Origin: Escherichia phage MX01
Sequence record: NC_031934.1
Strand: one strand, 5' to 3'
DNA: 64,000 nt
Position 1 is the stretch's first letter. Each line of letters starts with the position of its first letter. This document shows positions 39,989 to 49,269 of the stretch, one piece after another. Under the pieces are notes generated by a model. It was not told the DNA's origin. It saw only the letters and a program-made list of their open reading frames with translations, and did no database searches. A program made the translations under genes and the position numbers.

Positions 39989-41548
39989 ATGAAAAAGAAT
40001 GCATTAGTTCAAAAATGGTCCGCTCTGCTGGAAAACGAAGCCCTTCCTGAAATCGTGGGTGCTTCTAAACAAGCTATCATCGCTAAAATTTTCGAAAACC
40101 AGGAACAAGACATCCTGACTGCCCCGGAATACCGTGATGAAAAAATCTCTGAAGCATTTGGTTCTTTCCTGACCGAAGCTGAAATTGGTGGTGACCACGG
40201 TTATGATGCTACCAATATCGCAGCTGGCCAGACTTCTGGTGCTGTAACTCAGATTGGGCCGGCAGTAATGGGTATGGTTCGTCGTGCTATTCCTCATCTG
40301 ATTGCTTTTGATATTTGTGGTGTTCAGCCTCTGAATAACCCTACCGGCCAGGTATTTGCCCTTCGTGCAGTTTATGGTAAAGACCCTATCGCTGCTGGCG
40401 CTAAAGAAGCTTTCCATCCGATGTATTCTCCGGACTCTATGTTCTCTGGTCAGGGTGCTGCTGAATCTTTCGAAGCACTGGCTGCAAGCAAAGTTCTGGA
40501 AGTTGGTAAAATTTATTCTCACTTCTTCGAAGCTACCGGTGCTGCACACTTCCAGGCAGTTGAAGCCGTAACCGTTGATGCTGCTGCTACTGATGCCGCT
40601 AAACTGGATGTTGCTGTTACCGCTTTGATTGAAGCTGGTAAGTTGGCTGAAATCGCTGAAGGTATGGCTACTTCTATCGCTGAACTTCAGGAAGGCTTTA
40701 ACGGTTCCCAGGATAACCCGTGGAACGAAATGGGCTTCCGCATCGACAAACAAGTTATCGAAGCTAAATCCCGTCAGCTGAAAGCAAGCTATTCTATCGA
40801 ACTGGCACAGGACCTTCGTGCAGTACACGGTATGGATGCAGACGCTGAACTGTCCGGTATCCTTGCTACCGAAATTATGCTCGAAATCAACCGTGAAGTT
40901 ATCGATTGGATTAACTACTCTGCACAGGTTGGTAAATCTGGCCAGACTCAGACCGTTGGTTCTAAAGCTGGTGTGTTTGACTTCCAGGACCCGATTGATA
41001 TCCGTGGTGCTCGTTGGGCCGGTGAGAGCTTTAAAGCCCTTCTGTTCCAGATTGATAAAGAAGCAGCCGAAATCGCTCGTCAGACCGGTCGTGGTGCTGG
41101 TAACTTCATCATCGCTTCCCGTAACGTAGTTAACGTACTGGCTGCAGTTGATACTTCTGTAAGTTATGCAGCTCAAGGTCTGGGTCAAGGTTTCAACGTT
41201 GACACAACCAAAGCAGTATTTGCCGGTGTTCTTGGTGGTAAATATCGCGTTTACATCGACCAGTATGCACGTTCCGATTACTTCACCATCGGTTATAAAG
41301 GCGCTAACGAAATGGACGCAGGTATCTACTACGCTCCGTACGTTGCACTGACCCCGCTGCGTGGTTCCGATCCGAAGAACTTCCAACCGGTAATGGGCTT
41401 CAAAACTCGTTACGGTATCGGTATCAACCCGTTCGCTGACCCGTCTGCACAGGCTCCTACCAAACGTATTCAGAGCGGTATGCCTGACATCGTTAACAGC
41501 CTTGGTCTGAATGGTTACTTTAGACGCGTCTACGTTAAAGGAATTTAA
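39989..41548 (+). CDS. 23: gp23 major capsid protein
   Basis: 519 aa; size and position as T4 gp23. Confidence 0.97.
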   Translation: MKKNALVQKWSALLENEALPEIVGASKQAIIAKIFENQEQDILTAPEYRDEKISEAFGSFLTEAEIGGDHGYDATNIAAGQTSGAVTQIGPAVMGMVRRAIPHLIAFDICGVQPLNNPTGQVFALRAVYGKDPIAAGAKEAFHPMYSPDSMFSGQGAAESFEALAASKVLEVGKIYSHFFEATGAAHFQAVEAVTVDAAATDAAKLDVAVTALIEAGKLAEIAEGMATSIAELQEGFNGSQDNPWNEMGFRIDKQVIEAKSRQLKASYSIELAQDLRAVHGMDADAELSGILATEIMLEINREVIDWINYSAQVGKSGQTQTVGSKAGVFDFQDPIDIRGARWAGESFKALLFQIDKEAAEIARQTGRGAGNFIIASRNVVNVLAAVDTSVSYAAQGLGQGFNVDTTKAVFAGVLGGKYRVYIDQYARSDYFTIGYKGANEMDAGIYYAPYVALTPLRGSDPKNFQPVMGFKTRYGIGINPFADPSAQAPTKRIQSGMPDIVNSLGLNGYFRRVYVKGI

Positions 41549-41578
41549 TGCTTTAACGTTAAAAATACATAACCTTAT

Positions 41579-41610
41579 GGGAGACTTCGGTCTCCCATTC
41601 TTGTTTCTGT
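41579..41610 (+). terminator. intrinsic terminator after gene 23
   Basis: GGGAGAC-TTCG-GTCTCCC followed by ATTCTTGTTTCTG. Confidence 0.6.
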
Positions 41611-41611
41611 A

Positions 41612-41878
41612 CTATGCAATCTTAACTCGGCGGTTGATGATATCACGGAAGTCAATACGATTTTCTTGGATTTTCAGCCAGTTACCGGATTTGTCTTTGG
41701 TATGGGTAGAATATTCGCCGTTCCACCAGAAATCGGTTTCATAAGCCAGAGCTTCGTATTTCTTAACCAATGCATTAACTGCATTACCATTAGGATTGGT
41801 ACCGAATTTTTCTACCAGAGCTTTGATGTCTTTGTCAAGGTTAGAAAGCGTGGTACGGATAAAGTTTAATTTGTTCAT
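41612..41878 (-). CDS. hypothetical small protein, early gene antisense to the late cluster
   Basis: 88 aa from ATG 41876-41878 (GAGGAG RBS in conserved leader); own early promoter upstream. Confidence 0.55.
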   Translation of the reverse strand: MNKLNFIRTTLSNLDKDIKALVEKFGTNPNGNAVNALVKKYEALAYETDFWWNGEYSTHTKDKSGNWLKIQENRIDFRDIINRRVKIA

Positions 41879-41907
41879 TTTTAATCTCCTCATGTTTTGA
41901 TAGGTCT

Positions 41908-41937
41908 ATAGTAACACGACGCTTTTTGTGTGTAAAC
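41908..41937 (-). promoter_or_regulatory. early-type promoter GTTTACA-N17-TGtTACTAT
   Basis: Minus-strand reading GTTTACACACAAAAAGCGTCGTGTTACTATAGACCTATCAAAACATGAGGAG. Confidence 0.45.
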
Positions 41938-41943
41938 CACTTT

Positions 41944-41951
41944 TATAAATA
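41944..41951 (+). promoter_or_regulatory. late promoter TATAAATA for gene 24
   Basis: Exact TATAAATA 30 nt upstream of ATG 41981. Confidence 0.6.
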
Positions 41952-41980
41952 AAATTATATTCTCAATAAGGAAAATAGCA

Positions 41981-43261
41981 ATGGCTAAAATTAACGACCT
42001 TTTAAAAGAGTCGACCACTACTTCGAGTTCTTCGATTGGTCGTCCAAATTTAGTAGCTTTAACCAGAGCTACGACCAAACTGATTTATACCGACCTTGTA
42101 GCTCAGCAGCGTACTAACCAACCTTTGGCTGCTCTATATGGTATCAAATATCTTACAGAAAAAAACGAATTATCTTTCCAGACAGGTGCTACTTATTCTG
42201 GTGCAGTATCCGCTAAAGACCGTGCCACTATCCCAGTTTTCACAGCAGGTGCTGTTTACGCTAAAGATGATTTGTTCCAATTTGAAAACGTAGTTTATAA
42301 AGCTTTGGTAGCAACACCATTTGCCGGTGCTACTGGTGATGAATACGAACAACTTCAAGAAGCTATTGTTAAATTAACCATTCGTATTATGTCTGACGCC
42401 GCACTGACTGAGCGTTTTGAAGGTCCTCAAGAAGTAGATATCTCTGAAGCCAGATTCATCGTTAATAAATGGAACGCTCCGGTTAAATCCCGTAAGTTGA
42501 AGAGTACTGTTACCGTAGAACTGGCTCAAGACCTCGAAGCAAATGGTTTCGATGCCCCTAATTTCTTGGAAGACCTCCTGGCTACTGAAATGGCTGATGA
42601 AATCAACAAAGATATTCTTCAGTCCCTGGTTACGGTTTCCAAGCGTTATAAAGTTGAAGGTTTGTGTGATGATGGCTTAATTGACCTGAGTTATGCTAAC
42701 TCACCGGAAGCTTCTCGCAAGCTTTATGAAATAGTTTGTGAAATGGTTTCTCATATCCAGCGCGCAACCTCTTATACGGCAACTTATGTAGTAGCGAGTA
42801 CTCGCGTAGCCGCTGTTCTGGCTGGTTCCGGATGGTTAAGACACACCCCACAGAACGACAAATATCTTTCTGCAAATGCATACGGATTCCTGGAAAATGG
42901 TTTGCCTGTGTATTGTGATACCAACACGCCAATTGATTATGTTACTGTAGGTGTTAAAGAGGAATTTGGTGGGAAAGAAGCGGTAGGTTCTTTGTTCTAT
43001 GCGCCGTATACAGAAGGCCTTGATTTGGCTGACCCTGAACATGTGGGTACATTTAAAGTGGTCGTTGACCCTGAAAGCCTGCAACCATCTATTGCATTAA
43101 TGGTTCGTTATGCACTGGCTGCTAACCCTTATACGGTTACTGCTGATGATAAACAAGCCCGTATTATTGATGCGACTAATATGGATTTGATGGCGGGACG
43201 TTCTGATATGTCTGTATTGCTTGGTGTGAAACTTCCTAAAGTTTTGACTGAATTAAACTAA
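41981..43261 (+). CDS. 24: gp24 head vertex protein
   Basis: 426 aa; position after gene 23. Confidence 0.95.
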   Translation: MAKINDLLKESTTTSSSSIGRPNLVALTRATTKLIYTDLVAQQRTNQPLAALYGIKYLTEKNELSFQTGATYSGAVSAKDRATIPVFTAGAVYAKDDLFQFENVVYKALVATPFAGATGDEYEQLQEAIVKLTIRIMSDAALTERFEGPQEVDISEARFIVNKWNAPVKSRKLKSTVTVELAQDLEANGFDAPNFLEDLLATEMADEINKDILQSLVTVSKRYKVEGLCDDGLIDLSYANSPEASRKLYEIVCEMVSHIQRATSYTATYVVASTRVAAVLAGSGWLRHTPQNDKYLSANAYGFLENGLPVYCDTNTPIDYVTVGVKEEFGGKEAVGSLFYAPYTEGLDLADPEHVGTFKVVVDPESLQPSIALMVRYALAANPYTVTADDKQARIIDATNMDLMAGRSDMSVLLGVKLPKVLTELN

Positions 43262-43267
43262 CAAAAA

Positions 43268-43296
43268 GGGACCGTAAGGTCCCTTTGTCGTTTATT
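43268..43296. terminator. bidirectional intrinsic terminator between gene 24 and rnlB
   Basis: aaaaaGGGACC-GTAA-GGTCCC-TTTG; U-run on both strands. Confidence 0.7.
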
Positions 43297-44299
43297 TAGA
43301 TACTAGTTCAATCCATACGTGTCTTAAGGTATCTTTTACGCACTCAACGAGCTGCTTTTTAACTTCAACTGGATTTTCCGCATCAGTTAATTCCAATTCT
43401 TCACGGGTGGCTTCTTCAAGGATATCCTGGACAGTCAAGCCCATTACCTTTCCAAAATCCTTCGGCGATACTTCACCAATCTTACTGATAACGTTGTTAA
43501 TACGGTTAACAGTCACATAATCAGTGAATTGCCACATCAAGTCCATATCGTCTTGGGACAAAACTACAGCAGCCTTAATAGGCTTATCAGACTTTTTCTT
43601 CTCGCTGAATTTAGAGTTCTTACATTTAATCGCCACGCGATTTCCATTAGGAAGCCAGATAGGAGTATCAGGTTTAAGTACAAAGCCTTCAGCCGTGAAT
43701 ACTTTACCTTCTACCTTAGGAATAAAGTCTGTCGAGTTTGCAATAGTTAGGCCCGCGTTATCCACCGCAAAATTATAATCAGGAATAACTGAATCAAAGT
43801 CATTAGGTAATTTAATAAGGTCTTCAAAGCTGCCGGTGGCCAGACATGGAGCTACCTTAAACTTATGGATAATACAGAAGGCTTCCATCAATGTATCGGT
43901 TAGAACAGATTCTGAGCCATCTTCTTTAGTAACTCGGATATCGAACACATAAAAGTCTTTATCGCCGTAGTCCACATTCTTCTGGATACCTGTCCCAGCG
44001 AATTCGCCATAAATCTGGTATGACTGGTAATTAATCGATTCAATTAGATGTTGAACAGATTTAATAGAATCAGCATAGTTCTTAAGTACAATTTCATAGC
44101 CATAGAAATCTTCAGCAGGGAGGATAGGGCCAGTGCGCTTGGCGCATGTGACTGCGTCACGTTCTATGATTAAACTAAAGTTGGTTCCATGAATCTTCTC
44201 ACGTGCCACCCATTCACCACCGGTCAAACCATTAGTACGGAGTTTTTCGATAAACTTACTGTTGTAGTGGTTTTCGAGACTGCTATATTTCTTGAACAT
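43292..44299 (-). CDS. rnlB: RNA ligase 2
   Basis: [20 protein letters not shown]...[19 protein letters not shown] matches recalled T4 Rnl2, including the KxHG adenylation lysine motif. Confidence 0.95.
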   Translation of the reverse strand: MFKKYSSLENHYNSKFIEKLRTNGLTGGEWVAREKIHGTNFSLIIERDAVTCAKRTGPILPAEDFYGYEIVLKNYADSIKSVQHLIESINYQSYQIYGEFAGTGIQKNVDYGDKDFYVFDIRVTKEDGSESVLTDTLMEAFCIIHKFKVAPCLATGSFEDLIKLPNDFDSVIPDYNFAVDNAGLTIANSTDFIPKVEGKVFTAEGFVLKPDTPIWLPNGNRVAIKCKNSKFSEKKKSDKPIKAAVVLSQDDMDLMWQFTDYVTVNRINNVISKIGEVSPKDFGKVMGLTVQDILEEATREELELTDAENPVEVKKQLVECVKDTLRHVWIELVSK

Positions 44300-44385
44300 A
44301 AATCACCATAATAAATATAATTAAATAGAAGAGCTAGTAGTCTTCTGTCACCAAGCCAAATGGTTTAACGGAAGGACCTAGACCC

Positions 44386-44413
44386 ATTATAACACACCTA
44401 AATTTAAAGCATA
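44386..44413 (-). promoter_or_regulatory. MotA-type middle promoter candidate for rnlB
   Basis: Minus-strand reading ATGCTTTA-N13-TATAAT. Confidence 0.4.
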
Positions 44414-44623
44414 TTACTTTGAACTAGAACGCGCTTTGCGCCGAACCTTGTTGTTCAATCTTTTACGATAAACAACCTTTTCTTTCGCTTTAAATTTGGC
44501 CTTGGCTTGTTCTACATCAACCCATGCTTTGGCCATATCCTTAGCGGTCCCACCCATTTTTTTAGCAATTTCTATAAAATTCAACCCAGATTCGTGTAAA
44601 AAATGTACTTTAACCTTATCCAT
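44414..44623 (-). CDS. hypothetical small basic protein
   Basis: 69-aa ORF with Lys/Arg-rich C-terminus; sigma70-like promoter upstream. Confidence 0.5.
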   Translation of the reverse strand: MDKVKVHFLHESGLNFIEIAKKMGGTAKDMAKAWVDVEQAKAKFKAKEKVVYRKRLNNKVRRKARSSSK

Positions 44624-44699
44624 AACAATTCTCTCGTTGAGTTGGTAAAACCCATCTTAACATAGAATTTTTAACTTGTAAACAGGAATTTTGTACTTT

Positions 44700-44723
44700 A
44701 ATGCAAAATGGGCCGAAAGGCCC
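44700..44723 (-). terminator. intrinsic terminator after hoc
   Basis: Minus-strand reading GGGCC-UUUC-GGCCC followed by AUUUUGCAUU. Confidence 0.6.
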
Positions 44724-44727
44724 ATAA

Positions 44728-45576
44728 TTAGTAAACGTAATCGTATATAACACCAGCTTCTAAAGCGGTGCGATGAATAATTCGACCATTACGAGATTCT
44801 TGTACATCAACCTCTGAATAGTCGGTAATCATTTTTTGAAGTGTATATCGGTGCAAATAATACGGGCTATCCGGGTCATCTGTTTTCCAGTCTTTGCCTT
44901 CAAGAGTCATTTTCTGGATTTCATCCATAACCCACCAACCAACCCAAATATATGCTGAATTACGAACAGGGAGTGGATGAACGTAAGGTAATTCGCCATC
45001 CGGAACCGGTGCGACTTTAGCCGTGACTGTTACATTACCGGTTTTTGTGACAGTCGCCGGGTTATAATCAGTCGCCGAAACCACAACAGAAACTTCAATA
45101 ACCTGTGAACCTTCAGTGCTTGTATCGATTGCTAGAGTATCCGTGGTGCCAACTACAGGAGAACCGTCTTTCTTCCAAGAATAGGCAAAAGTAGCACCAG
45201 CAGGCGCGCCGACCACATCCGCTTTAAAAGAAGCTGGAGTACCTTCCGGAACATTAATTGATTCTGGGGTTAATGTCACAGAAACACCAGACATAGTTTT
45301 ATTCTGGATAGTTAAAGTCGTCTCAGCTTCAGCAGTTTCCGGTTCGCCGTCCGCTGGTGTAGTTGTTGCAACAACTTTAATAGTCTTGCTGCCTGCTGGA
45401 CCAACAGCAACATAATCCATTGCAGCAGTCACAGAAGATTGAGGAACACCATCAACGGTCCAGACAAATGATTCGGTACCTTCAGCTGCAGCACCGGAAC
45501 CGGTCGCAGTGAAATTGGTTGTTGCTCCAATAACGGCCGTAGCCGCCAAAGGAGCAATATCTACGGTATAAGCCAT
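44728..45576 (-). CDS. hoc: Hoc outer capsid protein, shorter than T4 Hoc
   Basis: 282 aa; Ig-like region and C-terminal ...LPYVHPLPVRNSAYIWVGWWVMDEIQKMT...YYLHRYTLQKM match recalled T4 Hoc. Confidence 0.85.
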   Translation of the reverse strand: MAYTVDIAPLAATAVIGATTNFTATGSGAAAEGTESFVWTVDGVPQSSVTAAMDYVAVGPAGSKTIKVVATTTPADGEPETAEAETTLTIQNKTMSGVSVTLTPESINVPEGTPASFKADVVGAPAGATFAYSWKKDGSPVVGTTDTLAIDTSTEGSQVIEVSVVVSATDYNPATVTKTGNVTVTAKVAPVPDGELPYVHPLPVRNSAYIWVGWWVMDEIQKMTLEGKDWKTDDPDSPYYLHRYTLQKMITDYSEVDVQESRNGRIIHRTALEAGVIYDYVY

Positions 45577-45585
45577 AATAAACCC

Positions 45586-46257
45586 TTATTTTAAAGTGAC
45601 AAAAGATGAGTTACGAGTTTCTCGTACTAATACTGAACCATTACGATTAATGTAATAAATCAGACTAAATAATGTTTGGTGGGCAGAAGGATGTTGGAAA
45701 GCAGTTGGACGTTCTTTCCAATCTGGAGTCTCAGAAATCCATTGGTAAATCCACCAAGGAACGGTGCAATAACCTGGGTTCTTACCGATAAGCAAAAGAT
45801 TAGGACTGAAGTTTTCAGGTAAAGAGAATACAGGTTTTTCCGATTCAATAACCTTGGCTACGGCCTCTTTGAATTTCTCTTCGACAAATGGGACATCCTC
45901 TTCAATAATCTCTACCTTAGGAAGTTCGGCCACCTCAATGACTTCGACTACAGCCTCAGGAGCATCGAACAGCAGGGTTGCTTCTTCTTTAGCAGGTTCA
46001 GCACCATCAATAAATTCATTAGAACCTGTAAGTTCGTCAGCGGCATCAATCAAATCAGAAATAGACAACCCTTCGGTTTCTGGAAGTGGTTCGTCAGCCA
46101 AGGCTTTAAGACCTTCAGTGATATCGATAATCAAATTATCAAACGAACGGGTTTTCTTAAGTTTTAAACCGAACTGTTCGCCGTATTCGATTAACTTAGC
46201 TTTAGCTTCTTTTTTATCTTCGAGTGCACGAAGCTCTTCAATATATTGAGTATCCAT
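45586..46257 (-). CDS. inh: Inh-like protein (inhibitor of prohead protease), by position
   Basis: 223 aa; between hoc and uvsW as in T4; late promoter upstream. Confidence 0.5.
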   Translation of the reverse strand: MDTQYIEELRALEDKKEAKAKLIEYGEQFGLKLKKTRSFDNLIIDITEGLKALADEPLPETEGLSISDLIDAADELTGSNEFIDGAEPAKEEATLLFDAPEAVVEVIEVAELPKVEIIEEDVPFVEEKFKEAVAKVIESEKPVFSLPENFSPNLLLIGKNPGYCTVPWWIYQWISETPDWKERPTAFQHPSAHQTLFSLIYYINRNGSVLVRETRNSSFVTLK

Positions 46258-46276
46258 AATTAGTCTCTTGTTGGTG

Positions 46277-46284
46277 TATAAATA
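46277..46284 (+). promoter_or_regulatory. late promoter TATAAATA for uvsW
   Basis: Exact TATAAATA 29 nt upstream of ATG 46313. Confidence 0.55.
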
Positions 46285-46290
46285 TAACTA

Positions 46291-46298
46291 TATTTATA
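46291..46298 (-). promoter_or_regulatory. late promoter TATAAATA for inh-hoc (divergent partner)
   Basis: Plus-strand tatttata, 34 nt from the inh ATG. Confidence 0.55.
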
Positions 46299-46312
46299 AC
46301 TGAGAATTACTT

Positions 46313-47809
46313 ATGCAAATTCAAGTACATTTCGATAATTTTAGTCATGTTCGTATTGAGTGTGATGAATCCACATTCTACGAACTCAGAGACTATTTTA
46401 GCTTTGAAGCTGATGGATATAAATTCAACCCTAAATTTCGTTATGGTCAATGGGACGGACGTATTCGCCTTCTGGATTATAATCGTAAACTTCCTTATGG
46501 ATTGGTTCCGCAGATTAAAAAATTCGCTGAACAATTTGAATACTCTCTGTGGATTGACCCACGTATTCTTGAACAGGAAGATATTTCTCGTGAAGATTTT
46601 GACTCATGGGTGGCATCTCAAGAAATTTATTCAGGGTCTACCAAGATTGAGCCCCATTGGTATCAGAATGAAGCCGTATACAACGGCCTGACAAAACGTC
46701 GTGCAATTCTGAATTTACCTACATCCGCAGGTAAATCATTGATTCAGGCGCTCTTGAGTCGATATTACGTTGAGAACTATGAAGGTAAAATCCTTATTCT
46801 GGTTCCTACTACTGCACTCGTTGACCAGATGATTAATGACTTCATCGATTATCGTCTGTTCCCTAAAGCAGCAATGCTGGGTATTCGTTCAGGTACTGCT
46901 CGTGATTCTGATGCAATGATTTACGTTTCGACTTATCAAACTGCTATTAAGCAACCTAAAGAATGGTTTGCTCAGTTTGGTATGTTTATGAACGACGAAT
47001 GCCATTTGGCCACAGGTAAATCAATTTCTACTATCATCGAAGGCCTAACCAACTGTATGTTTAAATTCGGTTTGTCTGGTTCTTTAAAAGATGGTAAAGC
47101 TAATTTAATGCAATATATGGGTTTGTTTGGTGATGTGTTTAAGCCAGTATCCACCTCCCAGTTAATGGAAGAAGGACAGGTTACAGACCTTAAAATCAAC
47201 AGTATTTTCCTTCGATACCCAGACGAATTCACTGTTAAGATGAAAGGTAAAGATTACCAATCAGAAATTAAAGTCATTACTAAGGCTACTCGTCGTAATA
47301 AATGGGTTGCTAATTTAGCTGTTAAACTCGCTAAGAAAGAAGAGAACGTATTCCTGATGTTTAAAAACATCGAACACGGTAAAACTCTTTTTGAAATGGT
47401 TAAAGAGCAACATAAAGAAGTTTATTACGTATCAGGTGAAGTTAATACCGAAACGCGTAATGCTCTGAAAGTAATGGCGGAAAATGGTAAGGGTATTATT
47501 GTTGTGGCAAGTTATGGTGTGTTCTCTACTGGTATTTCCGTTAAGAACCTTCACCACGTTGTATTTGCCCATCCAGTAAAATCTAAAATCATTGTACTCC
47601 AGACAATTGGTCGTGTACTCCGTAAACATGCCTCTAAATCAACAGCACAGGTGTGGGATATCATTGACGACATGGGTGTTAAGCCTAAATCAGCTACGGC
47701 TAAAAAGAAATATGTTCATTTGAACTACGCCCTCAAACACGCTTTAGAACGTATTCAACGTTATGCTGATGAGAAATTTAATTACGTAATGAAACAGGTG
47801 GATTTATGA
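46313..47809 (+). CDS. uvsW: UvsW DNA/RNA helicase
   Basis: ...VHFDNFSHVRIECDESTF..., Walker A LPTSAGKS and MNDECHL box match recalled T4 UvsW. Confidence 0.95.
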   Translation: MQIQVHFDNFSHVRIECDESTFYELRDYFSFEADGYKFNPKFRYGQWDGRIRLLDYNRKLPYGLVPQIKKFAEQFEYSLWIDPRILEQEDISREDFDSWVASQEIYSGSTKIEPHWYQNEAVYNGLTKRRAILNLPTSAGKSLIQALLSRYYVENYEGKILILVPTTALVDQMINDFIDYRLFPKAAMLGIRSGTARDSDAMIYVSTYQTAIKQPKEWFAQFGMFMNDECHLATGKSISTIIEGLTNCMFKFGLSGSLKDGKANLMQYMGLFGDVFKPVSTSQLMEEGQVTDLKINSIFLRYPDEFTVKMKGKDYQSEIKVITKATRRNKWVANLAVKLAKKEENVFLMFKNIEHGKTLFEMVKEQHKEVYYVSGEVNTETRNALKVMAENGKGIIVVASYGVFSTGISVKNLHHVVFAHPVKSKIIVLQTIGRVLRKHASKSTAQVWDIIDDMGVKPKSATAKKKYVHLNYALKHALERIQRYADEKFNYVMKQVDL

Positions 47810-48033
47810 AAACCTTTAAAGAAGTTATTCAGGAAGCATCTATTGAAAGCTTCATGTCTAAAATTAGTTCTTGTCAGACCATGGACGGTCTGGAGGAATT
47901 GGAGAAGTATTACAAAACTCGTAGTAAGGAAGCCGAACTTCGTGATTCGGATGATATCAGCGTACGCGATGCATTGGCTGGTAAGAGAGCTGAATTGGAG
48001 TCGATGGACGACGAGGAAGAGGAAGATTTCTAA
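47806..48033 (+). CDS. uvsW.1: UvsW.1 small acidic protein
   Basis: 75 aa; ATGA overlap with uvsW. Confidence 0.75.
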   Translation: MKTFKEVIQEASIESFMSKISSCQTMDGLEELEKYYKTRSKEAELRDSDDISVRDALAGKRAELESMDDEEEEDF

Positions 48034-48034
48034 A

Positions 48035-48063
48035 CAAAAAAGGCCCAACCTTTCGGAAGGGCC
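48035..48063 (-). terminator. intrinsic terminator, copy 3 of 3
   Basis: Identical aaaaaaGGCCCAACCTTTCGGAAGGGCC; good U-run only in the minus direction. Confidence 0.55.
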
Positions 48064-48092
48064 AATAACCATAAATGGCTATACACACTAGA

Positions 48093-48260
48093 CTAAAGTA
48101 GTAATTGGGTTTCGTTCAGCTGTTCTTCAGTGTTTTCCGTAACCGGCAAGCTTTGAACGTAATTATAGCATGAGCCCGGATGAACCGGACCTTTTTCTGT
48201 TTCAACAACCAATGCAGCATCGATTGGAGTTTTACAGACAACGCAAATCTTATCTGACAT
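48093..48260 (-). CDS. hypothetical small Cys-containing protein
   Basis: 55 aa MSDKICVVCKTPID...HPGSC; AAGGAG RBS; below the ORF-track length cutoff. Confidence 0.45.
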   Translation of the reverse strand: MSDKICVVCKTPIDAALVVETEKGPVHPGSCYNYVQSLPVTENTEEQLNETQLLL

Positions 48261-48288
48261 GATTGTCTCCTTAGTTTAACTTACATAC

Positions 48289-48387
48289 CTATTTATTACT
48301 TGCTAAAGCAGCATTAATGAATTCTTGGAGAAGTTTCATCTTATCGGCATCTACTTTAATGGGTTTGGTATTTTTAGTACGTCTCAT
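48289..48387 (-). CDS. 32-aa basic micro-ORF coupled to uvsY
   Basis: MRRTKNTKPIKVDADKMKLLQEFINAALASNK; ATG overlaps the uvsY stop (TAATG). Confidence 0.3.
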   Translation of the reverse strand: MRRTKNTKPIKVDADKMKLLQEFINAALASNK

Positions 48388-48821
48388 TATTTACCCGCCT
48401 CAAATTGTCTCATCTCATGCATGGTCTTAAGGTTAAAACCACGCGCCTTAATAGCATCAAGTGCTGAACTACAAAAGTCTTGTAATAAAGCCCAATACTG
48501 AATTGATGTGTCGATTTTAATTACACTAGAATCCGCAGCCATAACGGTCTTTAATTCAGATTTCTCATATTGGTCCATACAAACCTCATCACCAGGCTCT
48601 CCACGTCCCGTGTAGAAATCTAATCGCTTCTTAAGTGAGGTCTTTTTCTGGATTTCTAATCTCATTATTTCTTTCTTACAATTCGTATACAGCCTTAGCC
48701 ATTTGCTGTGCAGCAAAACGTTGTTCTGTACTTCGTACTGTAAACGAGTCCCATCAATCTTTAAATCCTCGTCTAATGCGTCCTGGAATGATTCTAACTT
48801 ATATTCAATCTCTTTACTCAT
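48387..48821 (-). CDS. uvsY: UvsY recombination mediator
   Basis: From ATG 48819-48821 (AGGAAA RBS): ...LQYEVQNNVLLHSKW...LKTVMAADSSVIKIDTSIQYWALLQDFCSSALDAIKARGF...FEAGK matches recalled T4 UvsY; the track ORF extends 11 codons upstream. Confidence 0.9.
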   Translation of the reverse strand: MSKEIEYKLESFQDALDEDLKIDGTRLQYEVQNNVLLHSKWLRLYTNCKKEIMRLEIQKKTSLKKRLDFYTGRGEPGDEVCMDQYEKSELKTVMAADSSVIKIDTSIQYWALLQDFCSSALDAIKARGFNLKTMHEMRQFEAGK

Positions 48822-48852
48822 CGCATGTTTCCTGTGTAATAACCATAGGACC

Positions 48853-48880
48853 ATTATACACTATTCATTTGAACAGCAAT
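48853..48880 (-). promoter_or_regulatory. MotA-type middle promoter candidate for uvsY
   Basis: Minus-strand reading ATTGCTGTTCAAATGAATAGTGTATAATGGTCCTA; T4 uvsY is a classic middle-promoter gene. Confidence 0.45.
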
Positions 48881-49269
48881 TAACCACTCTGTGAGAGCTG
48901 GATTCTAATTTGCTCTAATGTATCTGGGTCATCAACAATACTAAACTGAACGGTCACGATAATCGAGTTATCATCGTACACAGGTGTCACACCTACAGCC
49001 AAGGCAGAAATTCTGGGTTCGAAGTTCCGCACAGCGGAAACTATATTACGCTTAATGGTGTCTGTGATTAATGGAGTAATATTCTCAAACAATTGGTTGC
49101 TGATGTCACAACCGAATTCAGGCATAAAAGGGCGTGAACCTTTGCGAGTAGTAATAATGCCTAACAAACTATTTTTTACTGCACGAGCACCTGTAGCTTT
49201 AGCAACGTCTCTATCCCAAGACGTTCTCATCTCAGGGTCTAAATCCGAATACATTTTATTGATATTCAT
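48880..49269 (-). CDS. 25: gp25 baseplate wedge subunit
   Basis: ...DLDPEM...NSLLGIITTRKGSRPFMPEFGCD...VRNFEPRI matches recalled T4 gp25. Confidence 0.9.
   Translation of the reverse strand: MNINKMYSDLDPEMRTSWDRDVAKATGARAVKNSLLGIITTRKGSRPFMPEFGCDISNQLFENITPLITDTIKRNIVSAVRNFEPRISALAVGVTPVYDDNSIIVTVQFSIVDDPDTLEQIRIQLSQSG

Noticed and set aside
40004-41386. 460-aa minus-strand ORF
   Set aside because: Lies entirely antisense within the major capsid gene 23; a long open antisense frame is a composition artefact.
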